Shown: positions 48,559 through 59,169 of the stretch, piece by piece
Numbering within the stretch: position 1 is the stretch's first letter
Layout: each line of letters begins with the position of its first letter
From: Candidatus Methanomethylophilaceae archaeon
GTDB taxonomy: Archaea > Thermoplasmatota > Thermoplasmata > Methanomassiliicoccales > Methanomethylophilaceae
Direction of reading: 5' to 3'
Length of the DNA stretch: 64,000 nucleotides
NCBI GenBank assembly: GCA_944320495.1
Contig: CALUHR010000003.1
Span: forward strand, 96,001 to 160,000
Notes under the pieces: model-generated
The model's input: only the letters and a program-made list of their open reading frames with translations
Database searches by the model: none
Told to the model about the DNA's origin: nothing
Program-made: the position numbers and the translations under genes

Positions 48559-48963
48559 TTACTCCTTCTTCCCAACTATCGCTTCAGGATCCGTCCACGC
48601 ATATCCCGAATCATGCAGGATGTGCAGGGATTCACCGAACCTCCCCTCCTTGACGAGGACGTAGTCAGTGTCGTAAGTCGAGACGACGAAGATCGCTATG
48701 CCGGCATCCGCGAGGACGCGCGATATCCCCGCCAGGACTCCGACCATCGAGAATTCGAGCTGTCCCGCAATCCTGAACGCCCTCCATCCGTCGTCGCGCT
48801 CCACTGTATTTCCAGGAACCATGTCGGTTGGACAGACCACTGAGGTCTCGTCGTCCGTCCTGCCGATGAACAGCGGCTCCGAATCCGGATCCACCTGCGA
48901 CAGGTCCGCGACCTTGCACACCGAGAGGGCCTGAGGCAGAGGCTGGATGGTCAGACCAGTCAT
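48559..48963 (-). CDS. Tandem ACT-domain protein
   Basis: IGRTDDETSVVC, GQLEFSMVGVLAGIS, IFVVSTYDTDYVLV. Confidence 0.88.
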   Translation of the reverse strand: MTGLTIQPLPQALSVCKVADLSQVDPDSEPLFIGRTDDETSVVCPTDMVPGNTVERDDGWRAFRIAGQLEFSMVGVLAGISRVLADAGIAIFVVSTYDTDYVLVKEGRFGESLHILHDSGYAWTDPEAIVGKKE

Positions 48964-49343
48964 TGGATCACGACGACGGTGTCTGCGATCGCCCTCTTGA
49001 GCTCCTTGAGGGCCTGATGGGTGACCTTCTCCTCCTTGACGGAGGGGCCGATCTCCCGGAGGTACTTCGCGTAGAGCTTCGGCGATATGTCCTTGGCGGA
49101 GGCCAGCACGAGCAGATCCTCCTCGTCCCCCGTGTCCAGGGAGTCGATGTCCCCACCGTAATAGGCAGCGGCCATCCTGTAGAAGCGTATGTCGGTGTTG
49201 AGGAACTCCGCGATGTCCAGGAAATCCGCCGAGTTATCCGGCTCCTCGAAGGCACGCATTATGAACTTCTCGCGCTCGGAGAGCTTCCGGTCCGCCCCTG
49301 TGGAAAATCTATCGGCCAAATCCCTCCTCTCTACTCTTATCAT
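48960..49343 (-). CDS. Hypothetical protein (ATG 49343 preferred over GTG 49409)
   Basis: MIRVERRDLADRFSTGADRK...; the ORF-track extension upstream contains an in-frame CGA. Confidence 0.65.
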   Translation of the reverse strand: MIRVERRDLADRFSTGADRKLSEREKFIMRAFEEPDNSADFLDIAEFLNTDIRFYRMAAAYYGGDIDSLDTGDEEDLLVLASAKDISPKLYAKYLREIGPSVKEEKVTHQALKELKRAIADTVVVIQ

Positions 49344-49405
49344 GGTATCACACTGAATCTTCGATCCATTCCATCGGTGAATGTCTATCCGCATCCTCCG
49401 ACCGA

Positions 49406-50173
49406 TCACGTCTTGAGAGCATCCGCAAAATCAGCCCTCTTCGACCAACTCACAGGATTCATGCCATACTCCTCAGAGGCTTTGGTGAACTCCTTCACCC
49501 TATTCTTCGATTCCGTATCATCTATCAAAAGATACAGTTCTACATCCTGCCTCTTCTGGAGATCCTGGAAGACCAACAATTGATCCGCGAACTTCGATTT
49601 CGTCGGTTGGACCACCAGCTGTATGATCCGACGGGGTTCCTTTGATGACCTCTCCGACAGGATGAAATCCACATGATGAGTGAAACTGCCACCCTGTAGC
49701 AAGACATTGCTGCTATGAGGTATTCCAGCACCACAGAGCCAATCAGAGACATCGTAGAAGAACAGATTCGCCACATGATCCCTGGAGGTATAATACAGAT
49801 CATCGATGGCCTGCATGGATTGAACAAGATTGTGTTTCTTCGATGGGAAATCATCTGCATTGCTGTAAACACAGATGCAGTCTCCATTCAACATCGTTCC
49901 ATAACCATTGAGGATCGAACTAACGAATTTTTCCCTCTTGCCAGAAAGAACGTCACATCCTGATGACCTGAGATCACGTATCGTGTGACCATCGTCGGTT
50001 AGTAGATATCCTCCATCCTCCTCCTTGACATAAATCTCGAAATTATCATTGTGCCTATCAAGGAAAGGGGTTGTTATCGAGAACCAACCGTCAGACTCCG
50101 CCTGAATCAAAATATTGTCACGAAGCCACCTGACATAGCTGTCCGTCAGACTGTCAATATCTGCCCTGGTCAT
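49406..50173 (-). CDS. DUF1828/DUF1829-like protein
   Basis: ITTPFLDRHNDNFEIYV, LTDDGHTIRDL, KHNLVQSMQAIDDL, GGSFTHHVDF; visibly AT-richer than flanks. Confidence 0.75.
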   Translation of the reverse strand: MTRADIDSLTDSYVRWLRDNILIQAESDGWFSITTPFLDRHNDNFEIYVKEEDGGYLLTDDGHTIRDLRSSGCDVLSGKREKFVSSILNGYGTMLNGDCICVYSNADDFPSKKHNLVQSMQAIDDLYYTSRDHVANLFFYDVSDWLCGAGIPHSSNVLLQGGSFTHHVDFILSERSSKEPRRIIQLVVQPTKSKFADQLLVFQDLQKRQDVELYLLIDDTESKNRVKEFTKASEEYGMNPVSWSKRADFADALKT

Positions 50174-50678
50174 CGAATGTCCCCTGAATCGGAATGCTAT
50201 CTATATTACAGAACCCCAGGAACTTGAAAAACACTTGTCCCATATCCTCGTAGGAATCAATATCCAATAGATCCTTGGGACGATATGCCCACTTGTCTTC
50301 GAATCCCTCACGGTATATGTGGATGTGAGGTTCTTTGATAAAACGGCGACCCGCGTATCCTGGCTGAATATCCTTCAGCCAATCTCCGTCGCCAAGCTCC
50401 AATTCCACAGGAGGATTCGTATGTGAACCGCCAACATCCAGCCTTACAAGACTGTATGTCTTTGAATATCTGGTCTGGAAAGTGTACTTTAGAATCACCC
50501 TCCCACGTTCCACATCCAAAGTAAAGATATCATGGAGATTGCTCGTGTAGAGATCTATGTGTCTATCTGTTCCTGGGCTGATAACGACACTGCGACAATC
50601 AGAGAACTTCTTTCTGGATATCAGCTCGAATACCTGCTCTTGAGAAAGATTTGGGTGGGCCGTAGCATCAGAATCCAT
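50154..50678 (-). CDS. DUF6978-like hypothetical protein
   Basis: LVRLDVGGSHTNP, PHIHIYREG, KFLGFCNI; AT-richer. Confidence 0.65.
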   Translation of the reverse strand: MDSDATAHPNLSQEQVFELISRKKFSDCRSVVISPGTDRHIDLYTSNLHDIFTLDVERGRVILKYTFQTRYSKTYSLVRLDVGGSHTNPPVELELGDGDWLKDIQPGYAGRRFIKEPHIHIYREGFEDKWAYRPKDLLDIDSYEDMGQVFFKFLGFCNIDSIPIQGTFDDQGRY

Positions 50679-50726
50679 ACGAATCCTGATAGATATGCGA
50701 ATATATATGAGTATTCGATTGCTTAT

Positions 50727-51386
50727 TCACATCCTCTTGCAGCCGCGGAGCAGCCACTCGCCAATGGACTTGACACCGTACTTCAGCGTGGCCTTCATGT
50801 GGCGGCTGTGACTGCAGACGATGGGCGCGTCGTTGTGCATGATGTACTCGACGACCTCCTGCCATGTGGTGAGGTCGTCGGGGACCTCCACGTAGCCCTC
50901 GCCTATGTGGCGGGGCGTATGGGCGTCGCTGCCGGCAGTCATCGGCTTGCCGATCCTCCTGGCCAGCTTCTCCGAGCGCCTGTTGCCCCTCGGGGTGGAG
51001 CGCCCGTTGCGGGCCTCGATCCCGTCGAAGGGATACGCCAGGGTGTTCTTCTCCCCGAGGCCGGACCACCATCTGTAGGGATGGGCGGCGAACGCGTAAC
51101 CGCCGGCCTCGTGGATCCTGTCTATGGTCTCCTGGATGGAGAGGTCCCGCGGGATCAGCCTGTCGATGCCGAGGGCGACTATGTGGCCCTCGGCCGACGA
51201 GACCTCTTCCGCGGGTATGATTATGACGCGGCCGTTGTCCTTGAGGCGCTCGTACGCCTCGAACTGGTTGTGGTCGGTCACGGCGATGCAGCCGATCCCC
51301 ATGCGCTCCGCGTATTCCAGCAGCTCCTCCAGCGTGGTCTTGCCGTCGTTGGAGTACAGCGTGTGCACATGGAGATCCGCCTTCAT
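50727..51386 (-). CDS. PHP-domain metal-dependent phosphoesterase
   Basis: DLHVHTLYSNDG, AVTDHN, AEEVS, AAHPYR, AGSDAH. Confidence 0.9.
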   Translation of the reverse strand: MKADLHVHTLYSNDGKTTLEELLEYAERMGIGCIAVTDHNQFEAYERLKDNGRVIIIPAEEVSSAEGHIVALGIDRLIPRDLSIQETIDRIHEAGGYAFAAHPYRWWSGLGEKNTLAYPFDGIEARNGRSTPRGNRRSEKLARRIGKPMTAGSDAHTPRHIGEGYVEVPDDLTTWQEVVEYIMHNDAPIVCSHSRHMKATLKYGVKSIGEWLLRGCKRM

Positions 51387-53632
51387 CTGACCCTCGCCCC
51401 GTCGATGAAGTCGTTGTCGTCGACGGTGATGAAGCATCCCTTGCCGTCTCCCATGGGGACGCGGATGTCTCCGTCGTAGACGAACGCGGCGGTGTCCGGA
51501 CACTCCTCCGGGACGTTCTCCCCGAGGACCTTGCCGTCGGTCATCTTGCCGACGCGGATGTCGACCTTCTCGCAGTGCTTGACCTCTATCCTCGAGGACG
51601 AGCACTCCAGACCGCAGTCGATCCTGGTGCCGTCGGGGACGTCGGCCGAGGGCTTCAGCAGCTTGATCGCATGTCCACCGAGGTCCTCGTCGTCCAGCGC
51701 CATGAGCATTCCGTCTGACTTCACGCCGCGGAACTTGGCCGGCTTGAGGTTGGAGATGACGAGCAGCCTCCTGCCCTCCATCTGCTCCCTCGGGTAGACG
51801 GTCTTGAGGTTGGTGACTATCTGCCTGGGCTCGGCCTCGCCGAGGCTGATCTTCAGAACGTAGAGCTTCTCCGCGTCCGGGTGGTCGGCGACCTCCACGA
51901 CGGTGCCGACGCGGATGTCCATCCTCCTGAAGTCGGCGAACGGTCCCGCCGGCGCCTGCTGCTGCGTCTCCTTGGGCTTCTCCTGCTTCTCCTCCATCTT
52001 CGGTTCCTCCTTCTGGACCTCGACCTTCTTGTATACCGGTACGGGCTCCCCGAGCTCCTGTCCGGCGACGACGGGCCTCAGGGCCTCGTCGAGTCCCGCG
52101 TCCTCGGGCGTGCCCTGGTATCCCAGGTACTGCCACACCCTCTCGGACGAGCGGGGCATGAACGGCCACATCATTATGCTGAGGGCCTTGGCTATGCGGA
52201 GGGCGGTGTTCATCGCGGCTCCGCAGGCCTCCCTGTCCTCCTTGATGAGGGCCCAGGGCTTCATCGAATCGAAGAACCTGTTCCCGTAGCGGGCCAGGTC
52301 CATGACAAGTTTGATGCCGCGCTTGAGCTCGCACGCGCCCATGAGATCGCGGTACTCGGCGACGGTCCTCTCGATCTCGGCGACCGTCTCCGGGTCGGTC
52401 TCGCCTGCGGGGATGGCGCCGAAGTTCTTCTTGGTGAAGCTCAGGCACCTGTGGTAGTAGTTGCCGAGGGTGGCGACCAGGTCGTTGTTGATCTTGGTGT
52501 CCAGATCCTCCCAGGTGAACTCGGTGTCGTGGGAATCGGGCATGTTGATCGATAGGTAGAACCTGATCGCGTCCGCATCGTACCTGGACAGGACGCTGGG
52601 GATGTCGATCGCCCCTCCGCGGCTGCGGCTCTTGGAGAGCTTCCCACCGCCGATCATGAGGTACTCGTTGGCGGGGATGTCGTACGGCAGGTCGAGTCCG
52701 CCCTCGCCCATGAGGATCGCCGGCCATATGATCGAATGGAACGGGATGTTGTCCTTCCCGATGAAGTAGTAGTGCCTCGCCTCGGGGTCCTTCCAGAACG
52801 CCTCCCAGTAATCGGGCTTCCCAATCATCCTGGAGTACTCCACCGATGCGCTCAGGTATCCGATGACGGCCTCGAACCACACGTAGATGACCTTGTCGTC
52901 CCATCCCTCGACGGGGATCGGGACGCCCCAGGACATGTCCCTGGTGATGGCCCTGTCGTGAAGGCCGTCCTCCAGCCAGTTCCTGGTGAAGGCCTTGACG
53001 TTGGCCCTCCATCCCTCCTTGCCCTCGAGGTATTTGAGCAGGGGCTCCCTGAACGCGCTCAGCTTCAGGAAGAAGTGCTCGGTCTTGCGGATCTCCGGGG
53101 TGCCGTTGCACAGGGTACAGTACGGCCTGAGGAGGTCCCCGGGCTCGAACGTCATGCCGCACGCGTCGCACTGGTCGCTGCGGGTCTTCTCGGCACCGCA
53201 GTTGGGGCAGACTCCCTCGACGTACCTGTCGGGGAGGAACCTGGCGCAGTGGGGGCAGTAGTACTGGTCCGTCTCCTTGGTGTAGACGTACCCCTTGTCC
53301 CTGAGGTCGTTGAACAGTCTCTGGACGACCTCGAAGTGGGTCGGGCAGTGGGTCTTGTTGTACAGGGTGTACTCGATGCCCATGTCCTCGATGGCCTTCT
53401 TGTTGATCTCGTGGAACTTGTCAGCGTACTGCTCCGGCGTCATGCCCGCCTTCTCGGCGGAGACGGTGATGGGGGTGCCGTGCTGGTCGGAGCCGCCGAC
53501 CATGAGGACCTCGTTGCCGATGACGCGGTTGTACCTGCTGAATATGTCCGCCGGCAGTAGGGACCCGGCGAGATGTCCCAGATGGATGGCGCCGTTGGCG
53601 TACGGCCAGGCGACGTTGACAACTACCTTCAT
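51383..53632 (-). CDS. metG: Methionine--tRNA ligase with C-terminal tRNA-binding domain
   Basis: AWPYANGAIHLGH, GSDQHGTPI, CxxC knuckles, SWGVPIP, GKDNIPFH, KLSKS, DIRVG OB domain. Confidence 0.97.
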   Translation of the reverse strand: MKVVVNVAWPYANGAIHLGHLAGSLLPADIFSRYNRVIGNEVLMVGGSDQHGTPITVSAEKAGMTPEQYADKFHEINKKAIEDMGIEYTLYNKTHCPTHFEVVQRLFNDLRDKGYVYTKETDQYYCPHCARFLPDRYVEGVCPNCGAEKTRSDQCDACGMTFEPGDLLRPYCTLCNGTPEIRKTEHFFLKLSAFREPLLKYLEGKEGWRANVKAFTRNWLEDGLHDRAITRDMSWGVPIPVEGWDDKVIYVWFEAVIGYLSASVEYSRMIGKPDYWEAFWKDPEARHYYFIGKDNIPFHSIIWPAILMGEGGLDLPYDIPANEYLMIGGGKLSKSRSRGGAIDIPSVLSRYDADAIRFYLSINMPDSHDTEFTWEDLDTKINNDLVATLGNYYHRCLSFTKKNFGAIPAGETDPETVAEIERTVAEYRDLMGACELKRGIKLVMDLARYGNRFFDSMKPWALIKEDREACGAAMNTALRIAKALSIMMWPFMPRSSERVWQYLGYQGTPEDAGLDEALRPVVAGQELGEPVPVYKKVEVQKEEPKMEEKQEKPKETQQQAPAGPFADFRRMDIRVGTVVEVADHPDAEKLYVLKISLGEAEPRQIVTNLKTVYPREQMEGRRLLVISNLKPAKFRGVKSDGMLMALDDEDLGGHAIKLLKPSADVPDGTRIDCGLECSSSRIEVKHCEKVDIRVGKMTDGKVLGENVPEECPDTAAFVYDGDIRVPMGDGKGCFITVDDNDFIDGARVR

Positions 53633-53699
53633 GATAACATCCCCCGGAGGGAGGGTTGCAGACTTATATTCATCGTCCGGAAGGGAATGTGGCGGGAGT

Positions 53700-55085
53700 T
53701 CACTCGGCCCCAGCACGCGGATCGGCGACGGATTCCTCGTGCTCGACCCTGCGGAGGACAATGCGTGCATGGGCGTACATCATCAGACCTCCGAGGATCT
53801 CCGCGATGGCCGTTGCCCACCAGAGCGATGTGAGCGTACCGATGGCGACCATGGCGGCGTACATGCCCGCACTGAGGATTATGTTCCTGGCCAGCGAGTT
53901 GATCATCCCGCCCGTCGCCCTGTTTATGGACTGCATGAGCGAGGATCCCGTGTACACCAGTGACATCACGGGAAGGAACAGGGCGAAGATCATCAGCATC
54001 TCGGTCATGTCGCCGTGCAGGTAGGCCAGGTCGTCGGACATGGTGAACACCGACGACAGGGGACCTGCCGCCAGCGCAAGGACGACGGAGAGCGCGGCGG
54101 TCATCAGCACCGATGTGACGACGGAGTATCTGAATGCGGTACGTATGAGATCGAACCTCCGCATACCGTATTCGGCGGCACACACGGCCACCATAGCGCC
54201 TCCCATGGCCTGGCCGACGATCATGATGAAGTTGGCGATCCTCCAGCCGGTGGAGTACAGGCCGACCATGTCCGTGCCCCCGACCTCGATGACGACGTAG
54301 TTCAGGAAGATGTTGAACAGGTACATGATCGAGAGCTCGAGGGCCTCGGGACCCCCGACGGACATTATGCCCCTCCATACGCGGGCATCGGGCCTGTAGT
54401 CCGACCTGGTGATGGAGATGTACATGCTCTTGTCGCGGAGGTACCAGTACGCCGCGATGGCGCAGGAGACGACGAACGCTATCACCGTCGCCCATGCGGC
54501 TCCGGCCACGCCCATGTCCAGGGTGTAGATCATGATCGGGTCTAGGACGATGTTGACCAGGGCGCCGATGACCTGTATGGCCATGGAGCGCTTGGCGGCG
54601 CCCTCCCCGCGCAGCATGCCGGACATCACGCCGCTGAGGATGATGAAGAACGTCGACAGATAGAGGGGATTGGCATATGCCAGGCAGTCCCCGACGGTGT
54701 CGCCTGCCCCCATGATCACCATCAGCGGCTCCGCCGTCAGCAGCAGGAACGGTGTGAGTATGAGGCTCACTACCAGCGTTATCACTATGCCCTGTGCGGC
54801 GGACCTGTTGGCATCAGCGTGATTGCGATGCCCGATGTCCCTGGCTATCGCGGCCCCGACACCGATGCCCAGGCCGTTCCCGATCCCGATGAGGATTGTG
54901 TAGATCGGGTAGACGATTCCGAGCGCTCCCATGGCGGAGCCCCCGAGCCCGGCGACCCAGAGGCTGTCGACGATGTTGTTCAGCTGCTGGAAGAAGAGCG
55001 CCACTCCTATCGGTATCGCTAACGCGATGACCCCCTTGCGCGGGTCGCCCAGCAGGGTCCTCGTCCCGACGGTGCTCTCCTCCAT
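53700..55085 (-). CDS. MATE efflux transporter
   Basis: LNNIVDSLWVAGLG, LRGEGAAK, NIVLDPI, GVAGAAWAT. Confidence 0.92.
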   Translation of the reverse strand: MEESTVGTRTLLGDPRKGVIALAIPIGVALFFQQLNNIVDSLWVAGLGGSAMGALGIVYPIYTILIGIGNGLGIGVGAAIARDIGHRNHADANRSAAQGIVITLVVSLILTPFLLLTAEPLMVIMGAGDTVGDCLAYANPLYLSTFFIILSGVMSGMLRGEGAAKRSMAIQVIGALVNIVLDPIMIYTLDMGVAGAAWATVIAFVVSCAIAAYWYLRDKSMYISITRSDYRPDARVWRGIMSVGGPEALELSIMYLFNIFLNYVVIEVGGTDMVGLYSTGWRIANFIMIVGQAMGGAMVAVCAAEYGMRRFDLIRTAFRYSVVTSVLMTAALSVVLALAAGPLSSVFTMSDDLAYLHGDMTEMLMIFALFLPVMSLVYTGSSLMQSINRATGGMINSLARNIILSAGMYAAMVAIGTLTSLWWATAIAEILGGLMMYAHARIVLRRVEHEESVADPRAGAE

Positions 55086-55147
55086 GACCGCGTCACCTGA
55101 TGTCCTCGTTATAATGACTGCGAAAGGGACGCCCCGACCATGGTCCG

Positions 55148-56032
55148 TCAGGGACCCATGGACGTTATCGGAACGACGCAGACGCCGTCCGGACGCCTGT
55201 ACGCGTACCTGGTCATGCCGCATACCACACACAGGACCGACGGCGGGGTTCTCTCCTTCCTGAAGAACTCCTCCATCCTTTTCAGGTTCTCCGCCGCAGC
55301 ATCGATCTGCCCCGCCCCGAGTTTGATCTCGAATGCGCCCCATCTGCCGTCCTCGGCCTCCACCACCGCATCGATCTCCCTCCCACGGCCGTCGCGGTAA
55401 TGGAAGAGCCTGCCGCCCTCATGTTCCGCGTATATCTGGAGGTCATGTTCGCAGAGTGCCTCGAACAGGAATCTCGTGGTTCTGAGGTCGTTCCTGAGCA
55501 TCTGGGCGTTGAGCCTCATGGCCGCCACAGCAAGTGACACGTCTGTCAGATGACGCTTCGACTCTTCCCGATGCGGGCATCGGACCTCACATTCGGACTG
55601 AAACTGGGCATATCATCGATGAGATGCATCCTGTACAGGCAGTTCATGTAGTCCGCGAACGTGTCGTTCGAGATGCTCTCGTTCTCGTACTCCCTCATAT
55701 CCGATTTGATCTTCGAGTTCGAAGCCAAGGTGCTCTCGTTGCGGGCCAGCGAGCGGATCAGCATCGACATCTTCCGTTCGTCACGGCTCCTGCCGTCCAT
55801 ACGGGCCGCGTCCTCCGTAGCATTGTCCACGTACGCTCTGGCCAACATGGAGGGATACCCTCGGGATCCAAGTGCACCGGGCCAGCCCCCGCGAATCGGC
55901 ATGGTTCTCTGCGGTCCATGTCTTACCGCACCAGCGTGGATTCTCGATCGATATTGCCCCGAACGCCTCGAGCATCTCCTCCATCTCCTCGTCGAGAAGT
56001 CTGGGTCTGTTTCCTTTAGGAGTCGGGGTCAT
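55148..56032 (-). pseudogene. Degraded AAA_14/DUF4143-type ATPase
   Basis: N-terminal RPRLLD...PRWCGKTWTA, then out-of-frame RGGWP...LARNES, a 1-nt frameshift near 55560 (KS[P]KRHLTD), C-terminal GREIDAVV...FEIKLG; large internal deletion. Confidence 0.8.
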
Positions 56033-56247
56033 GGTACCCGGATGACCTCTAATCATGATACATCTATGGATTTCCTTCCACCGACTAGAAGGATTTCCAA
56101 GTTCGGTCGATAGTATGTCTTGGACCCCCGATGACGATAAGGGGACGTGTCCTCCACACGGATCATGCCAGATGCCGTCCCTGGAGTCGCACCAGCGGAT
56201 CGGACCCTCGTGCGAGTCTATTTAACAGATAAGGAAATGGAACTCGC

Positions 56248-58020
56248 ATGCGGATAGCGGCGGTACTGAACGACAGATGCCAGAACAAGAAATGCAACCA
56301 GGAGTGCGCCAAGTTCTGTCCCCTGAACAGGACGGGAGTGGAGTGCGTCACCTTCGGCGAGAGGGGGAAGCCCATCATCTCCGAGACCCTGTGCCAGGGA
56401 TGCGGCATCTGCGTGAACAAGTGCCAGTTCGAGGCCGTCAAGATCATCGGCCTCGCCGACGAGCTGAAGGAGGATCTCATGCACCAGTACGGTCTGAACT
56501 CCTTCCGCCTGTACCGCCTTCCCGTGCCCAAGAAGGGCATCGTCACCGGAATCCTGGGTCCGAACGGTATCGGTAAGACCACCGCCATCAAGATGCTCTG
56601 CGGCATCGAGGTCCCCAACCTGGGCAACTACGAGAACCCCCCGACCAAGGAGGAGGTCCTCGCCAGCTTCGCCGGCACCGAGCTCCACGACTACCTCGAG
56701 AACCTGTACGCCGGCAAGATCAAGACCGCCATGAAGCCGCAGTACGTCGACAAGCTCCCCAAGGCCACCCAGGGAGTGGTCAGGGACCTGCTGTCCAAGG
56801 TCCAGGAGCGCATGACCCTGGAGGAGGCCGCCGAGACCTTCGAGCTCACCGAGGTCCTCGACAGGGAGCTCTCCAAGCTCTCCGGAGGGGAGCTGCAGAG
56901 GGTCGCCATGGCCGCGACCATGATGAAGGACGCGGACGTCTACTTCTTCGACGAGCCCACCTCCTACCTCGACATCTACCAGAGGGTCAAGATGGCCCGC
57001 CTGATCAAGGAGCTCGCAGCCGAGAAGCAGGTCATGGTCATCGAGCACGACCTGGCCATCCTGGACTTCCTGGCGGACAACGTCAACGTCGTCTACGGTT
57101 CCGAGGGGGCGTACGGAGTCTTCACCCTTGCCCGCCAGGTCAGGACCGCCATCAACGTCTACCTGGACGGATACCTCCCCGAGGAGAACATCAGGTTCAG
57201 GGACAGACCCATCGAGTTCGAGGCCTCGCCTCCCCGCGGAGACTGGCAGACCGGGGACCTGATATCGTTCAAGGCCCTGCACAAGGATTTCGGCGAGTTT
57301 AAGCTGGACGTCACCGGCGGGGCCGTCAAGATCGGTGAGTCCGTCGGAATCGTCGGACCCAACGCCACCGGTAAGACCACCCTGGTCAAGATGCTGGCCG
57401 GGATCATCGACCCCGACTCGGGAGAGATGGACAACAAGGTCAAGGTGTCCTACAAGCCCCAGTACATCACCGGGGACTTCGACGGCACCGTGCAGGAGCT
57501 CCTCTACGCCAAGGCCTACGAGACCGTCACATCCAGCTTCTTCACCGGCGAGGTCATCGAGCCCCTCGGCATCAAGTACCTGATGGACAAGGATGTTGCC
57601 AAGCTCTCCGGAGGTGAGCTGCAGAGGGTCGCCATAACGCTGTGCCTCGCCACCGACGCGGACATCTACCTCTTCGACGAGCCGTCGGCCTACCTCGATT
57701 CCAATCAGAGGATGAATGCCGCCAAGACCATCCGCCGCATGATGGAGAAGTCCGGGCGCAGCGCCATGGTCGTCGACCACGACATCTACTTCCTTGACAT
57801 GGTCTCCGACTCCATGATGGTGTTCGGAGGCGAGCCCGGCCACCATGGAATCGGCGACGGTCCGTTCGACATGCGCGAGGGCATGAACAGGTTCCTCTCC
57901 GCCGTGGACATCACGTTCCGCAGGGACGCGGACACCCACAGGCCCAGGATCAACAAGCCCGACTCCAGGCTGGACAGGGAGCAGAAGTCCAAGGGCGAGT
58001 ACTACTACGCCAGCTCCTGA
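56248..58020 (+). CDS. ABCE1/RLI ribosome-recycling ATPase
   Basis: N-terminal CxxxxCxxxCxxxCP and CQGCGICVNKC Fe-S motifs; two ABC domains (GPNGIGKTT, GPNATGKTT, LSGGELQR, DEP). Confidence 0.96.
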   Translation: MRIAAVLNDRCQNKKCNQECAKFCPLNRTGVECVTFGERGKPIISETLCQGCGICVNKCQFEAVKIIGLADELKEDLMHQYGLNSFRLYRLPVPKKGIVTGILGPNGIGKTTAIKMLCGIEVPNLGNYENPPTKEEVLASFAGTELHDYLENLYAGKIKTAMKPQYVDKLPKATQGVVRDLLSKVQERMTLEEAAETFELTEVLDRELSKLSGGELQRVAMAATMMKDADVYFFDEPTSYLDIYQRVKMARLIKELAAEKQVMVIEHDLAILDFLADNVNVVYGSEGAYGVFTLARQVRTAINVYLDGYLPEENIRFRDRPIEFEASPPRGDWQTGDLISFKALHKDFGEFKLDVTGGAVKIGESVGIVGPNATGKTTLVKMLAGIIDPDSGEMDNKVKVSYKPQYITGDFDGTVQELLYAKAYETVTSSFFTGEVIEPLGIKYLMDKDVAKLSGGELQRVAITLCLATDADIYLFDEPSAYLDSNQRMNAAKTIRRMMEKSGRSAMVVDHDIYFLDMVSDSMMVFGGEPGHHGIGDGPFDMREGMNRFLSAVDITFRRDADTHRPRINKPDSRLDREQKSKGEYYYASS

Positions 58021-58088
58021 GCTGCCCTCCGCATCGGTCGAAGTGTTCGGGAGAACTCTAAAAATACACGAAAGGATGCGTTATCCCG

Positions 58089-59144
58089 ATGGGAAAAGCC
58101 GATACCCATGTCCATACCGAATTCTCGGGGTTCCAGAAGCTCGGGGTGATCAAGTTCCCCGAGTCGGTCGCGCAACCCGAGACGCAGGTGGACAGGGCCC
58201 GCGACAACGGCATGGACGTCTTGTGCATCACGGACCACGACGAGGTCCACGGCGCGATGATCGCCCAGAAGTACGCGCATCAGAAGTACGACGACATCGA
58301 GGTAGTGGTCGGCGAGGAGGTCACCACCAGGGACGGCGAGATCATCGGCCTGTTCCTGACCGAGAGGGTGCCTGACATGCTGTCCGTCGAGGAGACCGTC
58401 GATATCATAAGGGAGCAGGGCGGCCTCGTCATCGCCCCGCATCCGTTCAGCTTCCACGTGCCGGGCCTGAAGGAAAGGATCCTCGACCTGGACATAGACG
58501 GCTTCGAGGTCATCAACGGCGGTCATCCGGACGCCTACACCAACATGTTCGCCAGGCTGGTCATGGACCGCTATCCCGGCAGATGGTGCGAGACCTCCGG
58601 GAGCGACGCTCACTCCGTCTACACCACGGGATACAACTGGACCGAGTTCCCCGGCAGGACCGCGGACGACCTGCGCCGGGCCATACTCGATAAGACCACC
58701 AAGGCCTGCGGAACGGCGGCCCCGGTCTTCGGACAGGTCCAGTGGAGCGTGGACGTCGTCATCGGCGGACAGAAGCTCATGTACAGGTCACTCAAGGGGA
58801 GACTCAAGAACGTCCCGAAGGACCACCTCGTCGAGAAGATCAACAGTATAAGCGACCTGAAGAAGGCCACCGGGATCTTCGCCGGGATGCTCTACGTCAT
58901 CCCGCCGCTGTCCTTCATCGCCACCGTCGCCAGCACTTCGTTCCTGAGGAAGGGGGCCGAGAGGATGACCATGGGGATTCCCGACAGGCTTGAGTTCATC
59001 GACTCCGTCATAAGGGAGGTCGACGCCAACGGCGGCCCCGGCCACCACCGCCCGGCATACCTGGACGAGAGGGACGAGAGCCCGCTCGCCGCATACAAGG
59101 GCCTTCCGTTCAAACTGCCCTTCGACGTCGCCCGCAACAAATGA
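58089..59144 (+). CDS. PHP-domain protein
   Basis: DTHVHT, ITDHD, GEEVTT, APHPF, GSDAH. Confidence 0.88.
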   Translation: MGKADTHVHTEFSGFQKLGVIKFPESVAQPETQVDRARDNGMDVLCITDHDEVHGAMIAQKYAHQKYDDIEVVVGEEVTTRDGEIIGLFLTERVPDMLSVEETVDIIREQGGLVIAPHPFSFHVPGLKERILDLDIDGFEVINGGHPDAYTNMFARLVMDRYPGRWCETSGSDAHSVYTTGYNWTEFPGRTADDLRRAILDKTTKACGTAAPVFGQVQWSVDVVIGGQKLMYRSLKGRLKNVPKDHLVEKINSISDLKKATGIFAGMLYVIPPLSFIATVASTSFLRKGAERMTMGIPDRLEFIDSVIREVDANGGPGHHRPAYLDERDESPLAAYKGLPFKLPFDVARNK

Positions 59145-59169
59145 TATCCGCCGACGCGTTCCACCCCCG

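Noticed and set aside
49344-49409. In-frame CGA near the N-terminus of ORF 48960-49409, a possible counter-example to the CGA stop
   Set aside because: It lies upstream of a better ATG (49343); the ORF-track GTG start is just the overlap with the islet gene's TGA. Should still be confirmed with orthologs.
55546-55565. CGA near the end of the middle ATPase fragment
   Set aside because: It is created by a 1-nt deletion in a pseudogene (original frame KSPKRHLTD), so it is not counted as evidence.
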